From Octopus vulgaris (taxonomy: Eukaryota), in assembly GCA_951406725.2 (NCBI GenBank), contig OX597825.1:81344001-81408000 (forward strand): a DNA stretch of 64,000 nucleotides, written 5' to 3'. A program made the translations under genes and the position numbers. Under the pieces are notes generated by a model. That model was not told the origin of the DNA. It was given only the letters and a program-made list of their open reading frames with translations, and ran no database searches. Each line of letters begins with the position of its first letter. Position 1 is the stretch's first letter. Positions 14,769 to 28,056 of this stretch are shown here, one piece after another.

Positions 14769-15116
14769 GGATATACATGGCAAATTTTGATAGCATTATA
14801 TATATAGATAGATAAATAAATATAAAATTGAAATGAAGAAAATGCTGACAAAATAATTTAAGTAAGGGAGAGTTTATTTAATTAGGTGAAAGTTCTTTTT
14901 ACCGGTTGCGCATTTGTTATGCTTATCAAAAGATATTTTTAAGAGAGATATATATACTGATATACATGTATGTATATATCTTTATATATGATATAAAATC
15001 TATAGAAAGGAATATATATATATATATATATATATATAGAACTATATATAAATATATGTATGTATACCATTATATATATACTTTTTAATATATACATATC
15101 CACATCTCCTTTTTTG

Positions 15117-15167
<51 letters not shown>

Positions 15168-15324
15168 GCAGAAAGACACACATACACAAAATACATTCAT
15201 ATATCAGACATACACAAGGAAACATGGCAAATTTTGAAGCATTATATAAATAAAATATATATTTATACGTTACACAAGTTGAAAATAACTACAATTTTCA
15301 TGTTTGAATATATATATACATATA

Positions 15325-15371
<47 letters not shown>

Positions 15372-15783
15372 TGTATACCTATATATATACACATACATAT
15401 ATGTATATGCATGCATATATATATTTATATAAAGATATATATATACATCTTATATGTGTGTATATAATATGTATGTATATAAATATATATATATATATAT
15501 CTTTATATAAAATATATATATATATATACATACATATATATGTATGCATGTATAAATATGTATATGTATACATGTATATATGTATATATTTACATATACA
15601 TGTAAGTATGTATATATATATATGCATATATATATATATACATATATATATTTATACATGCATACATATATAGATGTATATATATATATCTTTATATATA
15701 TATATGTATACGTGTATATACATATATGTCTATATATATTTATATATGCAGACATACTTATGTATGTACATATATATATCCAT

Positions 15784-15829
<46 letters not shown>

Positions 15830-16599
15830 GTATATGTATGTATATGTATATGCGTAATATGATCATGAATGCAAATGTAGTCAATCATACACATAATATG
15901 GTGTATACCAGATATCAGAACCCTTGAGATAACACATAAAACCTGAAAATTAACTTAAATGAATAACATACTTCAATAAGCAAGCAATACTGTGCTAAAC
16001 ATAATAAGGCCGTCACTGCGCTAATATCTCTGTCCTTTTGATCTTTGTAATAGCAGGAACACAATTACTGTCTTCTTTTCTATGGTTAACTTGTGGCTTA
16101 TATTATGATTAACTATATTAGCTGAATTGCTAGAGCGGAGAATTGGTAAACGAACGAAGTGATCGGTTGAATTTAGTTGCAGAGGTTTCCAATCTGAGTT
16201 CGATTTCTGCCAGCAGGAAACAGAATTATATTTTCATAGTAATTTAGTAAAATAATTGATAAAATAAAGAACAATTTCAGTATCGGAATCGATACCATTG
16301 TTTCTGCATCTCTCGGAAATTTTTATCACTAGTTACAACACTGGAGAGGGTAGGTAATAGAAAAGGGTGCCAAGGTCCCCATTGTTGTTGCTGCGCTTGG
16401 TACTTCGAGCACCAAAATTAAAACTAAAAAGAAAAAGAAAACAAAAAAAGAAATTGAAGACAAATTCATCCATGGAACTGCTAGAATGCTTAGGAGAGTG
16501 TTTGATCTCTGAAGGAGCTACCCTAATACACTGGTTGTGGACGGCTGGTACCCGTATTACTTTACCAAAATGTCGTGCGACAAGCGGAATAACGATCAT

Positions 16600-16790
16600 A
16601 ATCCTTTCTACTATACGCACAAGGCCTGCAATTTTGTGGAGTAGGGGTACAGGCGATTACGTCGACCTCGGTACTCACCTGATACTTAATTTATCGACCC
16701 CGAAAGGATGAAAGGCAAGGTCGACCTCGGCAGAATTGGAACTCGGAAGGTAAAGACGAGCGGAATGCTGCTAAGCAGTTTGTACAGCAG
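16600..16790 (-). mobile_element. SINE family B (head truncated by the adjacent LINE)
   Basis: ttatcgaccccgaaaggatgaaaggcaaggtcgacctcggc core. Confidence 0.85.
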
Positions 16791-17335
16791 CCAGAGGGGA
16801 AAAGAATGAGGGGGACACCACAAGAGCAGGTAATAATTTGTATGGGGATTTGTATAAAGGATGGGGAGAGAAGTGGTGTCACCAAACCCCAGAAGGAGTT
16901 ACTGAGAGTGAGGATTGCGAAGCTCTGTGGGATGCAATGGGTCAGTGTGAGCCTCAGATTAGATATCGGAAACCTGACATTGTTGTTGTGAACAGAAAAG
17001 AAAGTCATGTCTGGTAATTGACACAGCATGTCCAGGGGTCAACAGGATCGAAGAGAAAGAAGAAGAAAAATGGAACAACTATGACGACTTGAAGAAGGAA
17101 ATACGTAGGTTGTGGGCAATAAAGGGAGTGGACGTGGAACCTATAATCACGGGCAGACTTGGAAGTATCAGTAACCAAATACGATCACGACTCAAAAAGA
17201 TTGGAACGAATGTAAAGATAGAACACCTACAAAAACCCTCATTGTTTGGAACTGTAAAAGTTCTCAGTAGGGTTTTTGAAGCATGGTCAATAAACAAGTG
17301 TCACCTTCGTCTGCTCGCTGTAAACAGCTGACACT
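16790..17335 (+). mobile_element. R4/Dong-clade non-LTR retrotransposon 3' fragment (restriction-like endonuclease domain), degenerate
   Basis: Translation across a frameshift: KWCHQTPEGVTESEDCEALWD..RKPDIVVVNRKES/LVIDTACPG/RIEEKEEEKWNNYDDLKKEIRRLW..VEPIITGRLG..LQKPSLFGTVKVLSRVF. This is the PD..D-type RLE C-terminus. Confidence 0.85.
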
Positions 17336-18059
17336 TGCCATCATACTCAGCAAAATAAAGCTGAGATTCTTCGTGATATAACAACAACGGTGCACGGACG
17401 TCAAATGCACTTTTACCGAAGGACAAGAAGCTGCGGCAAAAGTGCATTTGGCATCCTGTCCGCGCACGAACAACAGCAATAACTGTTGTTGTTTTTTTAT
17501 ATACGGGCGCAAGCCTAGTAGTTTTAAAGGGACGAGATTAGTCAATGCCATCCATTCCAGCACTTCACTGGTCCTTTATTTTATCGAACCCCAGGTCTTA
17601 CCGCTGTCATCACTTCTGTATTTGAAGGATAATGTTGACTACAGCATCATTTGAATTCAAAGTTTAGGGTTGATAAGAACTAATAATGGTCGATCGCTTG
17701 CATTGTTTTCTTATCCTATAGTCTCTCATCTAATACCAGGCAGCGTATCTGGATGGTGCAATGGTAGCTCTGTTGAGCATCGGTATTAATGACGTTGCAG
17801 TTGTTGTTGTTGTTACTGCTGCAGTTGCTGGTGTTGTTGTTGTTGTGCTTTCCAATCTTTTGCATTTCATTGGCTGCAATACGTTGTCTCCCTGCACATC
17901 ATTTATTTCCAAATGTTAAGATGCGATTTGAGAGGGAATTCAGTTATTATATCTAGTAGATCAAGGGACCACATAGAGGGCTGTTACTTCTTGCATAAAT
18001 GGCGCTGGTGTTGACGATTATTGTATTAATGGTGTCAGTTTTTAGTGATGAAGACACAA

Positions 18060-19390
18060 ATCAAATTTAGGATTGGCAACGGCAGCAGCAGCAGCAGTAG
18101 TAATAGTGGTTGTTGTTCTTGTGGTGGTGGTGGTGGTTGTGATGATGAAAGGAGTGGCGTTCTGCGTGGTTATTTGTGTTATTTATGATGGCGAGCGGAG
18201 TGCAGCGATGAAGGCGGCTCTCATTGTGTCGACAGCCTGTTTCGTGTTTATTGTCATCATCAGTCGACTGTGTTATCGGCGGTGACGGTGATCGTGGCAG
18301 CGGCGGTGATGGGGGAGGATGTTGGCGCTGGCTGCTGCGATGATGAGGACTGTGTCGTCGGCGAGCGTGTTACCGTTGGCTGACGATGGTGTCGCTGATG
18401 GCGGTGGCATCATTGGTGATAGTTACGGCAGCAATATGAGTGATGACGGCAAAGGTGCTAAGGCAGCAGCGGTGGTGATGGTGGTGATGGTGGTGGTTGC
18501 CGTAGTCGCAATTATAGTGTTGTTGTCTATGTAGTAGTGATAGTGGTGGTGGTTGTAATGGCGGCAACGGTGATGTTGTTAATATTTTGTTTGTGGAGGC
18601 GGCGGTGTTGGTGGTGACAGTTGCAACGGATGCAATGGCGGCGAGTTTGTTGTTTGACAGTTTCTGTGTTGTTTTGTTTCGTTCTTCCTGTTTTCTAAGG
18701 GACAGACAGGGGCCAAGTAGAAACAATAGATTAAGGGGCTGGCGTAGACCATATGTCGTGGCACAAAAGAAAGGGGTGGGTGGGAGACAAAATGTCCAGT
18801 GCTTATGAATTTCATGTAAGGTCCTCTCTCTCTCTCCCCCTCTCTCCCTCTTTCCTTCCCACCTAACTGGCAATCGATAAGCGGCACTTTTCTTATATAG
18901 ACCCCACCAACGAATACGTACACCACCCGTCATCACTGCTACACACCCATTAAACACCTAGATTGACAACAACGATGACGACGACGACGACGACGACTAC
19001 TACCACCATCACCACCACCACCACCACCACCGCTACTACCGCTACCATCGCTATCTCTATCACTGTCGCCTCTATCATTTATTACGATCACCGCTCCGAC
19101 GACGACCAACACCGACAACATCAATGCCATCACAACCAACATCCTCAACACCTCCACCACCACGGCCATTATCATCATCATCTTCACCCGTCACCACCAC
19201 CACCAACATCATCCCTGCCCCCACACCCACTACCACCACTGCCATCACGACTATCGCCGCCGCCTAAGTCTTACCAGTACCACCTCCTCCTCCTCCTCCT
19301 CCTCCTCCTCCATAACAGCTACAACAACAACAAAAGCAATTGCTACTTCTACTTCTACTATTACTACTACTATTACTACTACTACTGCTG

Positions 19391-19454
<64 letters not shown>

Positions 19455-19507
19455 CACTACCGCTTCTGATGCTCCTCCTCCTCCTCCTCCTCTTCCTAAT
19501 ACTACTA

Positions 19508-19592
<85 letters not shown>

Positions 19593-21222
19593 CACTACTT
19601 ATCTATGTTGTCGCTTGGTCTGCTAGAAATAACAGTCAAATCTCCCTCATCCCGCACAAAAGTGCAGTCTTACATTCTTTGGTGAAGTTCATTGGAATGA
19701 TGAAACAAACGTCTGTTTGATCGGGATTTCACCACCACCACTACAACCACCACCACCGCTGCCGCAACAACAACAACAATAGCAACAAAGAGCAGTCATG
19801 TTGTCCATTCATCTGTTATTGGCGCAAGCGTGGCTGTGCAGTAAGAAGACCGCTTACCAACCACATGGTTCTGGGTTCAGTCCCACTGCGTGGCCCCTTG
19901 GGCAGGTGTCTTCTGCTAAAGCCTTGGGCCGACCAAGGCCTTTGTGAGTGGATTTGGTAGACGGAAACTGAAAGAAGCCCATCGTATATGTATATATATG
20001 TGTGTGTGTGTGTTTGTGTGTGTTTTGTTGTGTGTGTGAGAGTCTGTGTTTGTGTTTGTGCCTAGTCCCACTTGAGAATCGGTGTTGGTGTGTTTACGTC
20101 TCCGTAACATATCAGTTCGGCAAGAGAGACCGATAGAATAAATACCAGGCTTTAAGAAAAAATTATAGATACTGGCGTCGGTTCATTTGACTAAATATTT
20201 TGCAAGGTGCTGCCCCAGCATGGCCGCAGCCTAATGACTGAATCATGTAAAAGACATAAGATGGAAATAAAGAGAAAATATATTGTAGCGGAGCCAATGA
20301 CAAAGCCTCTACATGGTCACTCGATATGCTAGAAATAACAGCCAAACATTCATCAAATCACAACACACCGTTGTGGAAAAAGTATACGTCAGATTATGTT
20401 AGTGTTGGGTGGTCATGGCTGGAATGTCTTTGATGAAAGGTCAGTTCCATCAGGAGTGACTTACAGCTAAACATCAACATCAAGAACATCAATAATTACT
20501 GTCGCCGGGCAATATGCTCCTCCCACCGTCAGCACCTTACCGCTGTCATCACTTCTGTCATCGCTTTTAACAATGTCATCAACGCCGCCATTAACGACGC
20601 CATTAACGCCGTTGCCAACGACAACAAAGCCTCGTGTAATCTTATCTCTCTCAGTCTCTCTCTCTCTCTCTGTCTGTCTCTCTCTCTGTCTCTGTCTCTC
20701 TCTCTCCAGTACTTGTTTCTGCTTATACTGCTACCATTTATATATCTTATACTCTCACCACTACCACCGTGACCATCACCACCACTACCAACACCAGCAA
20801 CAACAACAGCACCAACGACCAACAACGACAACCTCAAATATATCCAACAACATTTTTCACACCACCACCACCACCACCATCACCACCACCACCACCACCA
20901 CCACCACCATCACCACCACCACCACCACCACCACCACCACCACCACCATCACCACCACCACCACCACCACCACCATCACCACCACCACCACCACCACCAC
21001 CACCACCACCACCACCACCACCACCACCACCACCACCACCACCACCACCACCACCACCACCACCACCACCACCACCACCACCATCATCGTCACCGGTGCC
21101 GCCACCGCCACCGCCACCAGCAAACACAAGATCAACCTCATAATCTACATCTAACAGTACTTCTTACCCTACCCCGCTCACCACGACCACCACCACGAGT
21201 ACTACTCTAGTATCAGCACCAT

Positions 21223-21258
<36 letters not shown>

Positions 21259-21274
21259 CACTACCACCACCACC

Positions 21275-21312
<38 letters not shown>

Positions 21313-21600
21313 CACACATCCTCCTTCTCCTCCCCCATCCTCCTCCTACTACTACATCAATCACTACAACATCCATGCCATCACCACCACAACCACCACT
21401 ACCACCACCACCACCACCACCACCGCCACTACTACTACTAACATCCCCGCTATCCCCTTTCCTTCTGTACTCAACACTAAGCATGACAATCAATCAGGCC
21501 CCATTTTTTTCTCCACCCTAAAACTATCACCACCACCATCTCCACCATCACCATCACCATCACCATCATCATCATCATCATCAGAACGACGACAACAATA
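18060..21600. repeat. Compound trinucleotide microsatellite field: (GGT/GAT)n, (CTA)n, (CCT)n and about 225 bp of near-perfect (ACC)n at 20860-21085
   Basis: Directly visible. It generates the poly-T/P/G/V/L ORFs in the track. Confidence 0.95.
19821..20278 (+). mobile_element. SINE family A, full length
   Basis: Colinear with 1091-1512. Confidence 0.9.
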
Positions 21601-21825
21601 ACGCCAGCGGATCAGTCCGGCATTCATCTGTTATGACGCACCTATCACCTTACAGCACAACCCCCCACCCTCCGCGCCTCAACAGAAGCCGTCGGGATCA
21701 GCGATGATAAGTCAGCAGGCGAAGAGGAAGAGAGAGAAGAATATGGCAAAAAACAAGAAAACCAAAAACGACCTCACCTAACACGCACACTTGTAATATA
21801 AACGTTTCATGGTTGGGCTGCAACA

Positions 21826-21880
<55 letters not shown>

Positions 21881-21886
<6 letters not shown>

Positions 21887-21953
21887 CGTTTGTCGGCTTG
21901 TCTGTAGGTATAATGAATTGAATCTGTTTAGGAACACCTATGTATGTATGTGT

Positions 21954-21998
<45 letters not shown>

Positions 21999-22065
21999 CG
22001 TTTGTCGGCTTGTCTGTAGGTATAATGAATTGAATCTGTTTAGGAACACCTATGTATGTATGTGT

Positions 22066-22104
<39 letters not shown>
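21881..22104. repeat. Exact tandem duplication, period 112 bp
   Basis: tgcgtgcgtttgtcggcttgtctgtaggtataatgaattgaatctgtttaggaacacc occurs at 21881 and at 21993. Confidence 0.9.
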
Positions 22105-22113
<9 letters not shown>

Positions 22114-22120
22114 TTATACT

Positions 22121-22497
22121 TATATCTTCTACTTGTTTGTCATTTGACTGTGGCCATGCTGGAGCACCGCCTTTAGTCGAGCAAATCGACCCCCCAGGAC
22201 TTATTCTTTGTAAGCCTAGTACTTATTCTATCGGTGTCTTTTGCCGAACCGCTAATTTACGGGAACGTACACACACCATCATTGGTTGTCAAGCGATGTT
22301 GGGAGGACAAACTCAGACACACAAACACACATATATACATATATACACATATATATACATATATATACGATGGGCTTCTTTCAGTTTCCGTCTACCAAAT
22401 CCACTCACAAGGCATTGGTCGGCCCGAGGCTCTAGTAGAAGACACCTGCTCAAGATGCCACGCAGCGGTACTGAACCCGGAACCATGTGGTTCGTAA
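22121..22497 (-). mobile_element. SINE family A, slightly 5'-truncated
   Basis: Reverse complement of 1091-1512. Confidence 0.9.
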
Positions 22498-23111
22498 AGA
22501 TGCAAGCATATATCCGCATATTTATGTGGTTACATGATGTCATCTTTTCCTTTTTCCGTTCGTTGAATATAACTGCCCATCCTCACAACGCTTCCCTTAT
22601 GAATCAACTTCACATACGATGGGTTAAAGCTAGTTAAGTCACTACACACCTTTCTGACTAACACCAATCACTCACCTACACGCGCATACACACACAAATA
22701 TACACACACACACAGACAGAGGTGCACGCATACAAACATATATGTATGTATCATCAAATATCTTGCAGCTTATCGATTATTATCGATCAACATCAAACGG
22801 TACAACACGATATTTCAATTTAGGTTTGATCTCTCCACTAATCCGGATCAGCTAAAATAACAGGCCAGTCATGAAGTGAGGTATTCTGTTTCAAATGACA
22901 CCATAGTACCCTTTAAAAACGTTCCACCGAGGGTCCGGCAAAATAGGGCCTAAGTCACTCGAGGGAAGAGAAGATGCAGTCCAAGTCCCAATTGTCCAAA
23001 GAATACAGGGTAGATCGAAGATTATCATCGATTAAGCCGATGGCGTTTTTAAGCTTTTCAAAAAACCCTCTGCTCGCCATTTTAAGTCCTGGTAACGGGA
23101 AATCAATTTCG

Positions 23112-23416
23112 ATTGTTTGTTCCTTCTCGAGCCACGCCTGACCCATAAAGGCCGGTTTCCCGGTTTCCTTGGCGTAAGATTTCCTACCTGGACGGGACGC
23201 CGGTCCGTCGCAGGTGAGTTGCAAGATACAGGAGGCAAGAGTGAGAGAAAGTTGTGGCGAAAGAGTCAGCAGAAGTTCGCCATTACCTTCTGCTGGAGCC
23301 GCATGGAGCTTAGGTGTTTCGCTCATAACAAACACACATCGTCCGGTCTCAGCTTCGAACCTGCGATCCCTCGACCGCGAGTCCGCTACTCTAACCACTA
23401 GGCCATGTGCCTCCAC
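23112..23416 (-). mobile_element. tRNA-derived SINE family C (V-domain-like)
   Basis: Reverse strand: A-box TGGCCTAGTGG, B-box GGTTCGAAGC and V-like cctgcgacggaccggcgtcccgtccagg. Near-identical to 30653-30955. Confidence 0.88.
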
Positions 23417-24173
23417 ACACATAGATATAGATATAACAAAAAACGCGAATGTTTTTTAATTGGTTATTACCAATTACCGCCAAATACATTACCGCCAATC
23501 ATTTCTATTGTACCAGCATATTTAGATACAGAGGAAAGGTCTAAAAGACAGGTTTAATTAATACATTCGAAAATATATGTTAACTAAACGTTACCAAGGC
23601 AATCCAAAATGCGCTAAATTCGGGAGAACACTGAAAATATCTCCATTAACATGAGAGCGTGTAAAAATAACATTAAGAAAAGCGGGTTTAGTTTTGACGC
23701 TGTCGGTTGTTGATAAAAGAATTAAAAATAAATATAGAAACACCAAGTCACGGCAATTAGTTATCTATGTATTAAATATGCTGGAGAAAAAAATAGCAGG
23801 AAAAAAATTATGTATATTAGATTATAGGAAAAGCAATTACCTCCGTGTTAAACGAAACAAAATTCGTTTTACACTGCGTGCTTTATAGATATCGGGCTGA
23901 ATTTCTTAACCCCTTCTACACACACACACGCACACTCACACACACACACATACACACACAGATATATATATAGAGAGAAAGATACATACATACATACATA
24001 CACAAAACACGCGTGCACACACACACACACACATTTATAGAGAGAGGGTGTTTATTGCTAAAAAAGATTATCTACATATCTGTGTGTATGTGTATATCTA
24101 TCTATCTATCTATCAATTTCTTTCTTTCCTTCTTTGTCTGTCTGTCTGTCTGTCTCTCTCTCTATATGTATTA

Positions 24174-24233
<60 letters not shown>

Positions 24234-24351
24234 CAATTAAGGACAACTACTTAATAAGGAAAACTTAACAAGAAATTGTCAGGTAGATAGCGTAAGAGCG
24301 TAGATAGCGTATAATGCCTTCTGGCAAGTATATAATGCCCTCTATATATAA

Positions 24352-24395
<44 letters not shown>

Positions 24396-24424
24396 CATAT
24401 TATATATCTATATATATATATATC

Positions 24425-24471
<47 letters not shown>

Positions 24472-24900
24472 ACATACATATATACACGTGTGTATAGGTT
24501 TCTATTTTAAGCTCTAGTGTATGTGTGCATTTTTGTATAATTTTCCCTGCCCCAGATTCGCCTGGAACGCCATCGTCGGCATCTCTGCAGATGCAGACTC
24601 AGTCAGCAGCGCCAGAGTGCATTCGCCTGCATTTAGCATAGAGTTAATCTGTTTATTTATTGTTTGTAGCACTGCCGCTCCTCCTCTGCCGCATCCATCT
24701 CCGCTGCCAACACTTCTCGTCTACGGCGGCACAACTGTACACGTGCTTACACAGATATGATAGCTTGTATTACACGTGTCACATCCGTGTGAAACCCGTG
24801 TGCCACCCGTCTGGCATCCGTGCGGCACTCTCGTTAGCATTCATTTGACAAGACATATGCCGAACATTTTTTAATCTCTATCTATCAATATGTCTGTCTG

Positions 24901-24955
<55 letters not shown>

Positions 24956-25274
24956 GTCTGTCTGTCTGTCTGTCTGCCTGTCTGTCTGTCTGTCTGTCTG
25001 TCTTTCTGTCTGTCTGTCTGTCTGTCTGTCTTATCCAGCTCTGTATATCTATCTGTCTATCCATCCATCAATCCATGAATCTGACTACCAATATTTTCCT
25101 GTCTGCCTGTATGTCTGTTTGTCTCTCGAGAGACAGACGTCTGCATACACACACACACGCGCACACACTCACACACACACACACACACATACACACACAC
25201 ACAAACAAATATATGTATGCTTATATATGAATGCATGTATGTTCGTATATGTATATTATGCCCCCTCTCTTTGT

Positions 25275-25317
<43 letters not shown>

Positions 25318-25705
25318 CTGTCTGTCTGTCTGTCTGTCTGTCTCCCTCGTTTTATCTGTTTATCTTTATATGCACATAACCGTGTCTCTCTCTCCTTCTC
25401 GTGTGCATATATATATATATATATATATACATACAGACACACATTTATATAAATGTAAATACATAGTGTTCGCACGCGCGCGCATGTATGTGTGTGCTTG
25501 TACGAGCGTGTGTATGTGTGCGTGAGTGGTCGATCCAATTTTGTCTCTTAAGTGATTTCAAGTTCATTAATTTGGGGGTAACTCGATAGTTTCACCACCC
25601 AGCTTAACATAAGGACTTTCTTCGGGCCATTAAACAGAACCCGGGTGATTGATGCCGTGTCCGTATTCCATGAAATCAAGAACACGCAGAGAGAGAGAGA
25701 GAGAA

Positions 25706-25737
<32 letters not shown>

Positions 25738-25892
25738 GGAGATAGAGAGAGTAAGTGAGTGAATGAGCGAGAGGGGACAAATGAAACAATTTAAGAAATT
25801 AATTTAATATGCAACAGCAGGGTGTTGGTGGAGCAGGGTGTTAGTAACGGCAGAAATCCATATAAAATGGCGCTTAATAATTAATAAGGTCC

Positions 25893-26245
25893 AAGGCGGT
25901 AAGCTGTCAGAATCGTTAGCACGCCGCTCTGAGTTCAAATTCCACCAAGGTCGATTTGCCTTTCATCCTTTCTGACTAATTACCAGTTGAGCACGGCGCT
26001 CGATGAAATCGGCTTCTCCTCCCCCCCCCCCGTAATTGCTGGCCTTGGCCCCAAATTTGAAAGCAATAATTAATAAGGTCCTTGGGGTGTGACGTTACGT
26101 TTTGAGTTCGAACCCCGCCGAAGTTAACTTCGACCCTCCTGCTTCAGAGGTCGATAAAATGACGTACCTGTCAACTACTTGGGTCGAGTTAATCGACTGT
26201 AGCCCTTTAAACACATTTCAGGTCTTGTGTTTATGTTAGAAATCA
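25893..26245 (+). mobile_element. Two tandem SINE family B copies
   Basis: aaggcggtaagctgtcagaatcgttagc head, with the ggtcgatttgcctttcatcc core repeated. Confidence 0.75.
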
Positions 26246-26246
26246 T

Positions 26247-26382
26247 GCTTGCTTATCAACCACATGGTTTCAGGTTCAGTCCCACTGCGTAGCACCTTGG
26301 GCAAGAGCCTTCTACTTTAGTCTCGGTCTGACCAAAGCCTTGTGAATGGATTTGGAAGACGGAAGCCGAAAGAAGCCCATCG

Positions 26383-26437
<55 letters not shown>

Positions 26438-26627
26438 GTTTGTATCCCCAACATCACTTGACAACTGATGCTGGTGCGTTTACGTCCCTCGTAACTTAGC
26501 GGTTTTGTAAAAGAGACTGATAGAATAAGTGCTTGGCTTACAAAGAATAAGTTCTAGGGTCGACTTGTTTGACTAAAGGCGGTGCTCCAGCATGGCCGCA
26601 ATTGGATTACTGAAACAAGTAAAAGAA
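26247..26627 (+). mobile_element. SINE family A
   Basis: Colinear with 1091-1512, lacking the first ~25 nt. Confidence 0.9.
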
Positions 26628-26642
26628 TTACTTTGAGGCTTC

Positions 26643-26856
26643 AATGGCAGGAAGCGGGCAGAATCGGTAGCAAGCCGGACGAAATGCTTCACGGCATTTC
26701 GTCCGTCTATACGTTGTAAGTTCATTAAGGCTGCCAGAGTCGAATTTTCCTTTCATCCTTTCAGGATCAGCAGTACCAGTTGTATACTGTGATCGACGTA
26801 ATCGACCCCCCACTCCCCCGAAATTGCTGGCCTTGTGCCAAAATTTGAGACCAATT
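26643..26856 (+). mobile_element. SINE family B
   Basis: Head, cctttcatcctttc core and ggccttgtgccaaaatttga tail. Confidence 0.8.
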
Positions 26857-27121
26857 TATCTCAACTCCAGCCCACCCTTCCTTAACTATTTGTTTATCTG
26901 TCTACTGTTGTTTTAATATATATTTTTGTATTGTTTATTATTGAAGGTTGGGGAGAATACTGTACAGCAAAAGAAACTTCCAACAAGGTGAGACAGCGAA
27001 ACGGTTTCTAATCTCAATTAAAGAACTATCCCTTACTCCTCACACTTCCTGTAAAATGATATAAAATCATATTTAATCTTTTCTTCCTCTTTCCTTTCTA
27101 TCTTTCTCTCATTACAATAAT

Positions 27122-27392
27122 TACCGTATTTTAACGTGTATAAGGAACCCCCTAAATTTTCCGGGTTTAAAATTTGGAAAAGGGGTTTTGTAATGGATTA
27201 TAATATTAGGTTGTCCCACTTACGAAAATTGAATTTTTACTCGCCAAGTACTAACAAAAACAACAAAAATTATTCCTCAAAATAAAGACCATTATTTTCC
27301 AAGACTTTCTACGAACTTTTGGGACAACCTTATACGATCCATGTATAAGAAATTCCCATATTTTTTAAACCTATTCACTTTAAAATACGGTA
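27122..27392. mobile_element. pogo/Tigger-like MITE containing a nested mariner-like MITE (27204-27334)
   Basis: Outer TIRs TACCGTATTTT / AAAATACGGTA. Inner TIRs TATTAGGTTGTCCCA / TGGGACAACCTTATA (1 mismatch). Both have TA flanks. Confidence 0.75.
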
Positions 27393-27500
27393 AATGTAAG
27401 CGATAAAAAAATAATAACAAATCGCATCGCAATTTCGAATCAGTGCTGTGATGTAAACGTTTCCTTTGAATTCCAGATCTATAATGGTATTCGGCACCGT

Positions 27501-27904
27501 TATCTTTTATCTCTTACTTGTTTCAGTTCTTAGACAGCGGCCATGCTGGGGCACTGCCTGGTAGAAATTTTAGTCGGACGAATCGATCCCAGGACTTTTT
27601 TCAATGCATGCTACTTATTCTATCGGCTTCCTTTTGTATAGCCGCTAAGTTACGGGGGCGTAAACAAGCCAACGCCGGGTATGGGGGCGGGGGGGAGAAA
27701 CACAGCCACACGCACACACACACATATATATATATATATATACGACGGGCTTCTTTCAGTTTCCGTCTACCAAATCCGCTCACAAGGCCTTGGTCGGCCC
27801 GAGGTTATAGTAGAAGATACTTGCCCCAGGTACCACGCAGTGGAACTGAAACTAGAACCGTGTGGTTGGTAAGCAAGCTACTTACCACACAACCACTTCT
27901 GCGC
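27501..27904 (-). mobile_element. SINE family A, full length, directly abutting a SINE-B head (27905-27982)
   Basis: Reverse complement of 1091-1512. Confidence 0.88.
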
Positions 27905-27982
27905 TTAAAACGTAAAGACAGACGAAATACCGCTAAGTACTTCGTCCGGTGCGCTAACGTTTCTGCTAGCTCACCGCCTTAA

Positions 27983-28056
<74 letters not shown>

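Noticed and set aside
20573-21154. Mucin-like poly-Thr or formin-like poly-Pro ORFs
   Set aside because: Pure (ACC)n with no codon variation, no splice context and no flanking domains.
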